From assembly GCA_013239625.1 (NCBI GenBank), contig MU053352.1:877079-941078 (forward strand): 64,000 bases of DNA. The letters are read 5' to 3'. Shown here one piece after another: positions 50,451 through 62,720 of the stretch (position 1 is the stretch's first letter; every line of letters begins with the position of its first letter). The translations under genes and the position numbers were made by a program. The DNA comes from Lama guanicoe. Lineage: Eukaryota. The notes under the pieces were generated by a model. That model was not told the DNA's origin, ran no database searches, and saw nothing but the letters and a program-made list of their open reading frames with translations.

Positions 50451-51941
50451 TTGCCCGGAACCCAACCTGGCACTAAGGGCGCTATCTCAGTCCAATCGAG
50501 GCCAAAGAAGGCTGCCCTTCACTCAGGCCCAGAGAGGGAGGAGCCCTTGGCTCAAGCCCTCATTTCTCCACAGTCATATGCCCTGGGGTTGCAAGGAGTT
50601 AACCAATTAAGAGTCTGTTTCAGAACCCAGGGAGGGAGAGCTGTTGGGCTCCCATCCCCACCTGGAATCCACTTCCTTCCCCCACATTCTTGGTGCCAGA
50701 GCGTCAATCAACCAACAGATGGGACTGCTAGAGCCTGGTGACATCACACAGAACTGCTTCCGTGTTTTTCATTTCTGTTCAAATCCCTCCCACTGCTCCT
50801 CACCCCCAGCCAGGAAAGTCCCAGACTTAGATTGGGTGGGGGTGGGAGGGGGTGGTTCTGATTTAGCCTATGCCACAGACCGGAAACAGGAGCACCATGT
50901 GGTCACCCTCACCTCTGCCCTCAGTGAGCCTCAGCTTCTCTGGGACCTGGAGGGGGTGAGGGGGCTCCCTCTGATTCATAGTCTGAGATAACTAGGCCTG
51001 TCTGGGCAAGCAGAAAGGACTCCACAGACTGGACAGTCACTTTGGGCCCTGCCCACGTCATGGCCTCCCTCAGGCCTTTCTGCAGTCCAATGATTAGGAG
51101 ACCCTTCCCTTTACTGGGCTAAACTGGCGACTCTTGCCTAATTTGTTCTAGAGCAACAACTTCTATGCCTCATTAATTCAAGTCCAAAGATACCTTCATT
51201 TTTACCATTTGGCTGAGAACCCAGTCTGAATGGAAAACCAAATGGAATGAGCTCAAGCCGAGGTTATTAAACACTGTCCAAGCAGGCAGGAGGCACTCTG
51301 CTCAAACACTCGTGGATCGTGGTTGTTACACAGAGAGTGCGGAGCTGAGGCGTCCATGAAGGGCACGGTGGGAACAGGATCAGGCATCTGCCACTCAGGA
51401 AATGCGGCTGGCGGGGCGTGGGGTGGGGGTGGTGGTGCCTTCAGTCTTCACATCATGGAAGAAGAATCACAATCCACTCGTGATGTCTTAAATTTTAAGC
51501 AAAATCCCTACCTCCTCTACAATCTTTTTAACTTAACACCTTTTTTTTCTGAAAATATTTCCAACACTTTTGTTTTTTGTTTTGTTTTGTCTTGCTTTAA
51601 GGTAGCATACCATCAAAATCCAAAGACAAGAAACAAGTCCAGTGCCAGGAGCACCAGGTTGTGTGGGCTTCCTGCTGCAATGGTCACAAGCATCAGACGA
51701 CAGGGGTGGGGTGCCCAGCTGCCTTCCAAACACCCAGCATTTGCCAAGTGGACATGTTGACACAAGGAGAGTCTCAAGTGTTTCTTTGTGTACCTCCTCA
51801 TTTGGAATGAGTTTCTTGAGCATTTTGTGACAAATGATTCCTTCAATCTAGTTTCTTTGTTTAATTTATGGCAATATTAAGCTGTAAGTCTGCATCCTAA
51901 CCTTTAGGGAGGCCAGTGAGGGATTTGGAGAAGTCCATTTC

Positions 51942-51942
<1 letters not shown>

Positions 51943-51983
<41 letters not shown>
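51943..51983. repeat. (AC)n microsatellite
   Basis: Near-perfect dinucleotide run. Confidence 0.95.
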
Positions 51984-51986
<3 letters not shown>

Positions 51987-52817
51987 CACACTAGCACAAA
52001 GCCCAGAATTTCTATTGACATGACATCTGCATTTATATTGAAGACCCCCAAAGATTCAGGATTTGGAACTAACAGAAACAAACTAAGCCATACAGTTACT
52101 CAGTTATTTTCTAGGTTCTGGTAAAGCCTTCTTCCATTGATTCTCATCCACAAAGGCAGGAAGACAATTCTGCCCCAGGCCCTCTTTCTCCCTCTGCCTA
52201 AGGGCTCAGGCCTCCCTCTTTGACCTTCTCACCACCTACTCACATTCTGGTGGGCAGACTGACAGCCACTGCTGCTGACAACTAGCAAGCCACACCTGAC
52301 CTACCTGAAATGTCACCCCTATTACTGACGTTGCTGTTAACTCCCAAACAAATCCACCCTCTGCCTCCTCAGCCCAGCTGTGTTCTGTTCCCTCTGTTGT
52401 GCCTTGAAAACACAAGCACGTCCATGGTAGATCCCTTCCACCTCCCTCATGACCAGCCTGCCCCAGGTTCCATCAGCCCTTGGCCCATTCTTTCCTTCTG
52501 ACCCTACTGGGAACCTGGACCTAGCCCTCCTCCCCTCTCCCTGGTACACCACGCAACCTCCTCCCTGGGACCTGTCTCCTCTCTGGCCATGTTACTCTTC
52601 CTCAGACACCTGGTACAGACTGCCACTCCCCCTGCTATGAACCTGAAATGCCATCGTCCTGCTTCTGACCAAGTAAGGTTCAACTTCCAAGCCTAATCCT
52701 GTGGGTCCCAGGCAGATGTCCCCTCTCTACCCCAATTCCCAGGCCCCCCACCAGTGATAGCTCTGCCCTCTGGCCATGATCACAAGTCTTTGCCTCATGG
52801 CCTTGACTGTCCTTTGT

Positions 52818-53482
52818 AATATGGTGCAGCTGCTATGGAAAACAGTATGGCAGTTCTTCAAAAAGTTAAAACTAAACAAAGAAAAAAAATTTAAGAAAAA
52901 GAAAAAAGTTAAAAATAGAATTATCATATGGTCTAAAAATTCCATTTCTGGGTACACACTTGAAAGAATGTAAAGTGGGGTCTCAAAGAGACATTTCTAT
53001 ATGTTCATAGCAGCATTATTCACAATAGCCAAAAGAAGCGACCCATGTAAATACCAACAAATGAAAGGAGAAGTAAATGTAGTATATACACACACTGGAC
53101 TATTACGCAGCCTTGAAAAGGAAGGAAATTCTGACCCATGCTACAAAAGGGATGAACCTTGAGCACATTATGTTAAGTGAATCAAGTCAGTCAGAAAGAA
53201 CATACATTGTATGATTCCATTTATACGAGGTACTTAGGGCAGTCAAATTCATAGAGACAGAAAGTAGCTGGTGATTAGCAGGGATTGAGGGGAGGGGTGG
53301 GGAACAGAGTTATTGTTTAAGTGGTATAGCGTTTCAGTTTTGCAAGACAGGAAGAGCTGTAGGATGGATGGTGGTGATGGTTGTACAACAAGATGAAAGT
53401 ACTCTATACCCCAGAATTGTACACTTAAAAATGGTTGCGAATGCAAATTTTGTTATGTATATTTTACCACAATAAAAAATTT
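52818..53482 (+). mobile_element. L1MB-like 3' end
   Basis: atggtgcagctgctatggaaaacagtatggcagttc...ggatggtggtgatggttgtacaaca...tattttaccacaataaaaaa. Confidence 0.9.
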
Positions 53483-53934
53483 TAACCCCCAAATATATGT
53501 GTGTGTGTGTGTGTGTATGTATCTTATCTGAAGTACCTATGTTAACAGAGTGGAAGAGAATTAAAAAAACATTAGGTAGTTGAGCTTAATATTAGTTATT
53601 TCCCTTGCAAATCTGTTTATAATGTTAAAAAACTTGTGATATACAAGGAATATTAAGTAGGAAAAGCTAACAAACTCAACCCTGAATACCATCCTTGCAG
53701 TCCTGACTGCCCAATGGGCTCGCAGGTAGGTGGCTGCAAGCCTAGGAGACCAGCATTCCCCTCGGCAGTCACCAAGCAGCCACGCCTCCATCAATTTAGG
53801 GGCTTGTGTCCCCACAACTCCTGGGAAGTTCTCAGATACTTCCTGCTCTCCCTGCACGAACCACGTCGGCAGTTAGGGAAACCAAGGAAAACACTACAGA
53901 AGAGAAACATAACCTTGCAAAAATACAGGTGGCT

Positions 53935-54112
53935 GGGGAGAGGATATAGCTCAGTGGTAGAATATGTGTTTAGCATGCACAAGATCCTGGGTTCGAGCCC
54001 CAGTACCTCCTTTAAAAATAAATAGATAAGTAAATAAATGAACCTAATTACCTCTCACCCCCCCTAAATAAATAAATGAACGAATGAACGAATGAATGAA
54101 TGAATGAATGAA

Positions 54113-54147
<35 letters not shown>

Positions 54148-54163
54148 ATATATCCTTTAAGAT
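53935..54163 (+). mobile_element. Camelid Vic-1-like SINE with (GAAT)n(AAAT)n tail
   Basis: A box tagctcagtgg, B box ggttcgagccc, aacctaattacctc; TSD aaa(t/c)acag(g/a)tggct at 53921-53934 and 54164-54177. Confidence 0.88.
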
Positions 54164-54249
54164 AAACACAGATGGCTGAAACGAAAAGAGCTACTCAGCA
54201 TTTCTGGTGTGTCTTAACCAGCTTGGCTGGCAAGAAGCTAACTTCAAAA

Positions 54250-55435
54250 TAACATGATAACAAGTCCAAAAGAGGAAAAAAAAAAGGACAAGATGGATAT
54301 ATAGGTGGAGCATTTCAACAGAATTGGAGATCTATAAAAAATTATCCAATAGATATGCTAGGTCTTAAAGATACAGTATCTGAAATTAAGACTTCCTTGA
54401 CTAGGTTCCACAGCAGAATGGTGAAAGCAGAAAATACAATTAATCAACTCAAAACCTGGTTAATCAAATATCCAGAGAGAATACAGATGGAAAAGACAGA
54501 AGAGTGCGTACAAGACGCGTGGGAGACAGTCAAAAGGTCCAGCATATGTGTAATTCGAGTCCCACAGTGGGAAGAGAGAAGAAGCAGTCTGGGAAGGAAT
54601 AATGGCCGTAAGTTTTCTCCAATCTGATGAAAGAAACTAGCCCACAGAATCCAGAAGCTCAGTAAGCCCCAAGAAGGAAAAAATATAAACCAACCTTACC
54701 TAGCCACATCATTGTCAGTCCTGAGAATCAAATACAGAGGAAAAAAACTTAAAAGTAGCTAGAGAAAAGAAAAGAGATATTTTCAAAGGAATAATAAGAC
54801 GATTACCTTCTTTTCAATATAAAATATAGTAGAAAGAAGACAATAGGATATTTAAAACATAAAAAAGGAGGGAAGGAAGTAAAGAATGAAGGACAGCTAA
54901 TCTAGAATTCTATGCCCAGTGACATGATCCTTCAAAAATTAAGGTGACATTAAGATGTTTTCAGGCAAAATAAAAAATCAAAAAGCAACGAATTCTCCAC
55001 CAGCAGACGTTCATCACAAAAAATACTAAAGGAGTTCTTTAGACTAAAGAAAAATGGTCCCAGGTGGAAGCAAAGAAATACAGAAAGGGATAAAGAACAT
55101 CAAAACTATTTTTTTAAATGTAGTTACTTATAAATAAATATTGTTTAAAACAACAGTAACAATTACAGTGCTTCGTGGAATTTACAACACACATGAGTAA
55201 AATACATAACAACAGTAATATGATGCAGGAGAGTGGATAAATGGAATTTAACTTGTGAGGTTCTTCAATTATTTAGGAAGTGGTAAAAGTACAATTTAAA
55301 GTAGACTATAATACATCAAACATTCATACTATAGTCTCTTTTATTAAAAGAATGAAAGAAGGTAAGAATAAGAACGATAGAGGAAAGAATGAAATCATTA
55401 AAAAATGCTTAATTATTGAAACAATGAGAGAGAAG
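54250..55435 (+). mobile_element. Old L1M ORF1-region fragment
   Basis: Degenerate ORF1-like peptide (LKDTVSEIKTSL...QDAWETVKRSSICVIRVP); tagaattctatgcccag...tccttcaaaaat. Confidence 0.8.
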
Positions 55436-55509
55436 GAATATCATGCTGCAGTGTCAGAACTCCCTTCCTTTTGAAGACTGCATAATATTCCATTGTGTGG
55501 ATTTATCAT

Positions 55510-56036
55510 ATTTTTTAAACATTTTTTATTGATTTATAATCATTTTACAATGTTGTATCAAGTTCCAGTGTAGAGCACAATTTTTCAGTTATACATTAAC
55601 ATATATATACTCATTATCACCTTTTTTTCTCCGTGAGCTACCATAAGATCTTGTATATATTTCCCCGTGCTATACAGTATAATCTTGTTTATCTATTCTA
55701 CACTTTTGAAATCCCAGTCTATCCCTTCCCACCCTCTGCTCTCTTGGCAACCACAAGTTTGTATTCTATGTCTATGAGTCTATTTCTATTTTGTATTTAT
55801 GCTTGGTTTGTGTGTTTTTTTTTTTTTTTAGATTCCACATATGAGCGATCTCATACGGTATTTTTCTTTCTCTTTCTGGCTTACTTCACTTAGAATGACA
55901 TTCTCCAGGAGCATCCATGTTGCTGCAAATGGCATTATGTTGTCAGTTTTTATGGCTGAGTAGTATTCCATTGTATAAATATACCACATCTTCTTTATCC
56001 AGTCATCCGTTGATGGACATTTAGGCTGTCTCCATG
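55510..56036 (-). mobile_element. Young 5'-truncated L1 nested in an older minus-strand L1 (~55460-56150)
   Basis: Perfect 17-bp TSD ttgtgtggatttatcat at 55493-55509 and 56037-56053; L1 3'UTR and ORF2 tail. Confidence 0.9.
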
Positions 56037-56219
56037 TTGTGTGGATTTATCATGTTTTGTTTATCCACTGACTGTTGATGGACGCTAGGACTGCTTCCAC
56101 CTTTTGGCGATTGTCAATAATGCTTCTATGAACATTGGTGTGCAATCTAAATCATTTTTTAAATCATCCTTTTAGCTGAAATAGAACCTTAATCACTCCT
56201 GCTTTCAGTTTTCAGACAA

Positions 56220-56390
56220 CATGGTAGACAGGAAGTATAGTATGCAGTCAGACAGACCTGGGTCCAAAAGCCAGGCTCTGCCACTCACTAGCTCAGTGGC
56301 CATGGGTAAGGTCCTTGGAAGATTGCACGTAAAGCATGTAAACCTGCTAGGCACATGGCAGGTGCACATGGCAGCAATTACTAACATTCC
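56220..56390 (-). mobile_element. MIR SINE
   Basis: agtcagacagacctgggtcc...ggctctgccactcactagct...cacgtaaagca. Confidence 0.75.
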
Positions 56391-57742
56391 TCTCACGAGT
56401 GCAGAGCCCCTCTCTGATGGCAGGCGGGCTGGGGAGTGTCAGAGACTCTGGGTTCTCCAAATGCCCTGAAGATCCTTGACGCTTGTGTGTTCATTTTCTC
56501 CACAACAGACAGGAAGACAAACCAAAACTTGTAACAGCTGCCAATCAACCTCCATAAAACATGCTGTCAACCAATGATAACTGGCAAGAGTATTTTCCAT
56601 TCTGCTTGAAAATACTGTTTCTATTCATATGACTTTAACTGCTATGTGCTAGAGGCAAACCCAGATTATGAATGATTCACTCATAGACACAATGACTAAT
56701 TAAATGCCAAAGAGACGATTCATTAAAAAATATAAATGCAAACTTTTTACCCATGGGCTTGCAAGTAGATGTCTGTGGGAAGCAACTGCAGGAAGGTTTA
56801 TAACCTCAATCTCCTCAGTAAACAATACTGCAGGTGGCAAAGGGAAAAAAAAATACCTGTACTCATAAACTATTTCTTATCATGCAAACCATGATAAATG
56901 AAGCTTCTGTATGTGGTTCTTAAACACGTAAGTTTTTTGCTGTTTTGATAAATGCTTACAGATTTTTTTTTTATCTTCAGCCCTCTGACCCTATTGCTGT
57001 ATTTTAGTGATATCTACCTAGAGGAGACGGCTAGTTGGGTTCTAAATCAAACCATTCACCACAGAGGCTCCTGAAAGCCCCACTGGCCCGCACCTGACCC
57101 TGGGAGATGACTGTGATACTCATGGTCTCACTGCGCTGCGCTCACTAAGGCACTCTCCCATTCTATACATTTTTCTCCATCCACAAAGTAGAATTAAGAC
57201 TGACAACATATTTCACAAGACTGTGGCACAGATATCGTAAAGAGCCAGGACTGATAGTATTTAGAATCCCCCGATCAATGTAAGCTCTCACAACCTGGGG
57301 AAGGGCAGTGTTTGAGACACAGTTCATGTTGGCTTTGACTGTCAAAGTCATTCCAACCAATGGAATTTAAAAATCAGTTCTCAGATCCTATTCCCTTTAG
57401 TTTCAGGGCAGCTGTGTGATCAATGAGGCAAGCAGAGAGATAACAGAAGAAACACCCGCTAACTGATTTTTAAATTGCTGATCCAAAAGCTTACTGGTCT
57501 TGAAACGACCCTTAACCACATTTGCCAGTGGATTCTCAGCAAGTTATCGCATCTCAAACAAACAAAATTTAACTTATCCAGTCTTCCCTCACTTCTCTCT
57601 CTCTCTCTCTTTTGGTAAAATGCACTTTGCTACATCCCTTCAGGCTTGTTTTTTGCGTCTTGCTTAGTCTTGCTATTTTATATCGCCTGAAAGCTACAGG
57701 AACACAAGTTATAAGAGCAAGTGGCAGTAGACAGTGCAGCAA

Positions 57743-57808
57743 ACACACACTCATACACACACACACACATACACACACACTCACTCTCTCTCTGCCTCTC
57801 TCTCTCTC
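57743..57808. repeat. Compound (CA)n(CT)n microsatellite
   Basis: Visible imperfect runs. Confidence 0.9.
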
Positions 57809-59809
57809 CCCAAATCCAGCCCCCAAGCTGAGAACTTGAATTCTCAAGACTAACAAGGAGCCTCTGGCTTTGTTCTTTCCTGTCTCCCTCCATATCCATC
57901 ATGGGATCATGTGTGTGTGAGTAGAGGCAGCCAAAACCTCTACAAAACTGACAGTTTCAGGTTGTCAAATCTTTTCTATCCCTTCTTTCTCTCTCTCCCT
58001 TAAAAGGGGGTGGAGGTGGTCAACAGCAGTGTCACGTGGGGCTACAGATCCAAAGTCTCTCCTGACCCGGGAATGCCTGCAGGCTGAGGGTGAACTTGAG
58101 AATAAGCCCTCAAGAGGTGTCATCCAGCCATCCTCTGGCTCCAGCCCAAGGATCCCACACCCAGTGGGCCGCTGCGACAGAACCACACATCTGCCAACCC
58201 CAGGGCCTCACACCCTCCTCCTATAGCCCGATTGCTTGGAAGCAGGGAGACCGTCACCCCTGCTACCTCTGTTTCTGATGAAAGCCAGTGTCTCATGTAC
58301 GGAGAGGTGCACAAGAAACACGTGTTCGCACCGAGATTTGCATCTCTCCTACCCCCAAATAACATGGCACAAAATAAAATTAAGCTGCGTTCTAAAACAG
58401 GAACAGAGGAGGAGGCAAAGCTGTTACAGGGAAAGAATCTCAAGGAGAGAAAATTTCACTCTGCCCTGTGCTCTTGGGGCTAGAACTGAGGTCAATCCTC
58501 CTTCTGGTCCTTGAGGCTGCCTTCTGGAAGGGCTGCACCCAAGCCACCTCCAATCAAACCATTTCTCTCCCCTTAGGGTCTCCAGTGGACTCGGGAGCCC
58601 AAGCAAACACCTGTTCTATGTGGTGAATCCCCCCAGAGAGCTCTGGGTTGTCCCGGGGCTCTTTCGAGTTTTTCCCAGGATTTTTGTGTGCCCCGTAAGT
58701 TGATTTTTCTCTCTGTAAGTATCTGAGCTGAGTTGGTGGGGTCAATGGAGAGGAAACTTCATTTGCCTGTGTCAGCTCCTGGAAAGACTGGAAGACAAGA
58801 AATCTGGAAAGAACACGGGCCAGGTCATTTCTAAGGGAGGCCCATCTCACTGCCCCCAAATTCTGGCCTTTGAGTCTGCAGAGAACGTGGTCCCCCACCT
58901 GCTTGCCAGACTCAGGCCTTTGCCCTCTGGTCAAGGTTGGGCTTCTTTCAGAACCTCTCCCTGCAGTCTCCGGGATGCATCTCAGAGATGGTACAGTAAA
59001 CCCTCCAAGAGCTTCCTTTCAAGCTTAAAAATAGGGCAGCTCTTTCAAGAGGGGACAACAACCATCACTGGGAGCACAATCTTCGTGCTTCCTTTACGGC
59101 ACAGACTCTGAGACGCCAGCAGAGGTCAGGCATCCAGCTAATGGGCAGATGCCAAGCCATTTTTTTCGCCCTTTCAGGATACTGCATGAAGATTTGCCCA
59201 AAGCTATTAAAAATTAATTATTCACCCCCCTAAGAAGGCTTGAATCAAAAGTCAACATTTACAACTTATTAATTACAACATTCCCTGGCATTAGAGACTC
59301 ATTATACTGGAGCTGCAGTGCTAATCTAATTTTACATGAAAGGGGACGTGTAATTGCAGAAGCCCTGCAAGTCTGTGCCATAGCAAAGTCATTTTATGCT
59401 CCTCTTTGAGTCTGTCAAAGTTGATCACACCAAAGGCCTCGGCTGGTTTGTCAGTCACCCTGGAGCACATTCAGCCTTTGGACTGGGGGCCCCAAGTGAA
59501 AGCGATGGAATGTGGCTAAAAGCCCAGGGCCCAGCTCTGAGCACAGTGTCCACCATCCATTCTCCATGCTGCAGAGGGCTGGGGGCTTGCTACTGAAGGG
59601 TTATCCTTGCAGGAAAAGCCCCCTGCGAACTGAGTGGGATTCTGCACCTGTGCCTCAGCCATGGTCGCAGAGGGATTGACAAGATGCTGGGGAAACAGTG
59701 CATCAAAGGAGAGGGCACCACTCCTTCCCTCCCCTTTCGTCATCCGCAGGACACTTTGCAGCTGATCAAACTGTCCCCACTACCACCATCGCCACTGTAG
59801 CCTGTACTG

Positions 59810-60450
59810 GTGCCATAAGGGCCAGGCACAGTGCTGACACTTCACATATCCTCACAACAGCCCAATTCTTCAAATAAAGGAACTAGGGCTGAGGGGGGAG
59901 GGGCACTGGTTAGATCACTTGTCCCAGGTCATGTGGCTGCAAAGTGACACAGCTGGGATCCCAGTTTGTCTGGGTGCTGGTACCACAGACGCTATAAGGA
60001 ACAAACAGGACACAGAGCCCGGCTCTGCCCCTGAAGCTTTCTCAAATCCCAGTACTCTCTTCCCCACTGCCACCACCCCTGGCCAGCATTGCCTGCCACC
60101 TGGATCCACTGGCCCCTCTGCCACTGTCTGGCCTCACTCTGACATACTCTCCACCCTGTAGCCCTTAGGATCTGAGGGGAAGGCTTTTCATGATCCATGA
60201 TCTGGCCCCTGCTGGTTTCTCCAGCCTCAACTTGGGACATCCCCACCCCCCACACCCCTCCCTGCTCCTGCCACTGTGAACTGTCCTCATCTCTCCAGAC
60301 CACCAGGCTCTCCTCCACTTCTGGGCCTTGCTTTCTCCAGGCTATGTGACTCACCTTCACCAGGCTACTTCCTCCCGGCCCTGTGGGTCTCAGCTAATGC
60401 ATCACTTCCTCCAGAGAGCCTTCCTTGACTATCCAGGCTGGGTTAGGTGC
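59810..60450 (+). mobile_element. MIR (~59810-59990) and L2 (~60150-60450) fragments
   Basis: atcctcacaacagccc...cacttgtcccaggtca; catgatctggcccctgc...atcacttcctccagagagccttccttgact. Confidence 0.65.
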
Positions 60451-61560
60451 CTCTCCTTGTGCTTTCTTTGCAAGGGTGAAGCTGCAAAAATCTTCACTTG
60501 GATTTCCCTCCAGCCCAAGGTCAGAATGTTTCAACACACTTTTGGGGCATCTTACACAAAGAAACCCAGAGTCAGCATGTCTCTGGGAAGTAAGGCTCCT
60601 GGGGAGAGGTGGACGCTGGGCATACAGGCTGAGACACTCCCAAGAACCAGCCTTTCCACACCCACAACTCAAGTTGGGGTCTGAGCCCAAGGACAAATGA
60701 CCGTGTGTGAAACCACAGCACTAACCAAACACATGAATGATGGGGAGGAGGTGAGGCCCCGCTTTCCATTATTAGCACTACTTTCACTACTCTTTTCCTA
60801 TATGCATGTATTAATGAGATTTAAAAATCCCATTTTTAATATTAAAGTAAAATTGGTGCATGGTATTTATTTTTGGGTTGCTTGAAATGCAGTGATGTCA
60901 CAGAAATTAGATTCATAAATAACAAAGAGATCAAATTAAAAGGGTTTGCCAGTATTTTAGTGGCCCGGGTGCATTACAGCAGAAGGTGGAAAATGGCCGA
61001 GCCACGACGCTGTGGCATTTATCCCCATCTCACAAGCAACGGGGCTGTTACACAGTCGAGGCTGATAAAAACCCACAGGTGAGAGTTTCAGCAGCCACGC
61101 CACGCACTAGTGACTGACTCTGTCCCCAGCACCTGCTGCTGGATAATCACCTTGTCATATTCTGAGAGGAGACGGATCACTGTAGCATATTTATTGCAGA
61201 AGTGCTGGCAGTGGAATCCAGAAAAACAGTATCGGGTGAGTTGCAGTTTTTAAATAACACTAAATAAGCATGCCTTTCTGCTCGCCGAGGGCTGTGAGGC
61301 CCGTAAGGATTGAGTGCTCAGCCTGAATGATCGTTCTATTCAGGCATCTTCATTTGGTTTTAAACAGACCATACATAGATTAAGGAGTTTTGCTTCATAT
61401 TAAATGAGAATCTGACTGGCACACGTGAAATACATGTCTAAAAGGAAAAATAACGAGCCAAGGAAAACTGAAAAGCAAGAGATGAGACCGCAGGGAGGGG
61501 ATAAGCTGGATTTCGGTGCTACAGAGGAGTTGGGTACGGGTGAGAGGGAGGGAGGAGCAA

Positions 61561-61588
61561 GGGGCGGGGCCGCGAAAGGGGGCGGGGC
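61561..61588 (+). promoter_or_regulatory. Tandem GC boxes (Sp/KLF)
   Basis: GGGGCGGGGC at 61561-61570 and 61579-61588. Confidence 0.5.
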
Positions 61589-62259
61589 CAGGTAGCAAGG
61601 ATGGCCCACTGGCCCGGAAAAGAGCACCCGACCACCAAAGGGGCCACAGTTTTCCTGCCTCAGGCCCCATCACCCAAGCACGCAACTGAACCCTTCCTCT
61701 GTCCCCTCCACTCTATTGCTACTTCATTCTAGAAAGAAACTGCGTACATATTTTTAAAAACATGCTCCCTTTCTTTCTGGGCTCTCCCAGAGAAGGGCAG
61801 GATGTGGGTTCTTGTTCCTTGGAATCACATCTGTCCAGCTCCCATAGCCACAAGTGCACCCCAGGAAGTGCAGGGAGGCCCAGGCGGCTGAGGCAGGAAG
61901 GTGGCAGAGCAGCCTGGGACCACGTTTTGGAAGCATCTGTCAAATGTCTGTGGAATGCGCCAGTGGCGGGCACGGAGAGTCAGACCACCAAATTGTTATA
62001 ATCACACCCATGCGAAAAAAAGAGTTTGATCGTGTGCCCTCAATATATGAATAATTCTTTCTAGATTATACATATGGTATACTACTTCACTTCTGCTTTA
62101 CATGATCATGTGCCCTCCTGGGGGGTACTGGTCCCCTTCTTGGAAACGGTAAGGCTAGGGGACAGTGGAATCAACAGCCACAATACCATCACACCCCCTA
62201 CCCAACGCAACTTTTCTAGTAAGATATCAGAGAAGAGAGGGGAGCTACCGCACGACACA

Positions 62260-62720
62260 GTACCTGGGGCGTTAAGCTCACAACAGGCCATAACCTGAAT
62301 TTGCTTGGTGCCCAGCCAGAGGATAGCAGGGTAAGAAAACTTGGGCTGGGCTCTCCACAGGGCAGACGCAAGCATAAAAAGTGACAACCGAGGCTGCAGA
62401 GCACTCGCCGGAACACTGATGCTGTAAAGCCGGGTGAGAGGAGAGCTCCTGGAAGGTGGCTGCGACCTCCGCCGTGCGTGGGTGTGCGCGTGCGCAGTGA
62501 GAGCGGAGCCGGGATGGCAATGTCTGCAGTGTTTTCACTGCTTCTTTTATATTTCTTTTGCTATCACTGCAATATTTTAATAGCACAGGAAGTCAAGTTT
62601 AAGTGAAGAGCGGCAGGTGATTTTACTCGCCAGTTTCCTCTCCTCCGAAACACAGCATCGATTTCCTCCCACGGCTTCCCCAGCTACCAGACGGATGAGT
62701 GTGTTGGAACCAGCCCGGCT
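62260..62720 (-). promoter_or_regulatory. CpG-enriched promoter-like region with NRF1 and EGR motifs
   Basis: TGCGCGTGCGCA at 62485-62496 (NRF1-like) and GCGTGGGTG at 62476-62484 (EGR-like); minus-strand donor CAG|gtactg at 62264. Confidence 0.55.

Noticed and set aside
53935..54010. tRNA-Ala-like sequence as a tRNA gene
   Set aside because: It has an AT-rich tail and TSD and recurs at 27852 and 29001, so it is a SINE head.
54355..54627. ORF resembling a coiled-coil/RNA-binding protein
   Set aside because: Degenerate L1 ORF1 remnant with stops and frameshifts.
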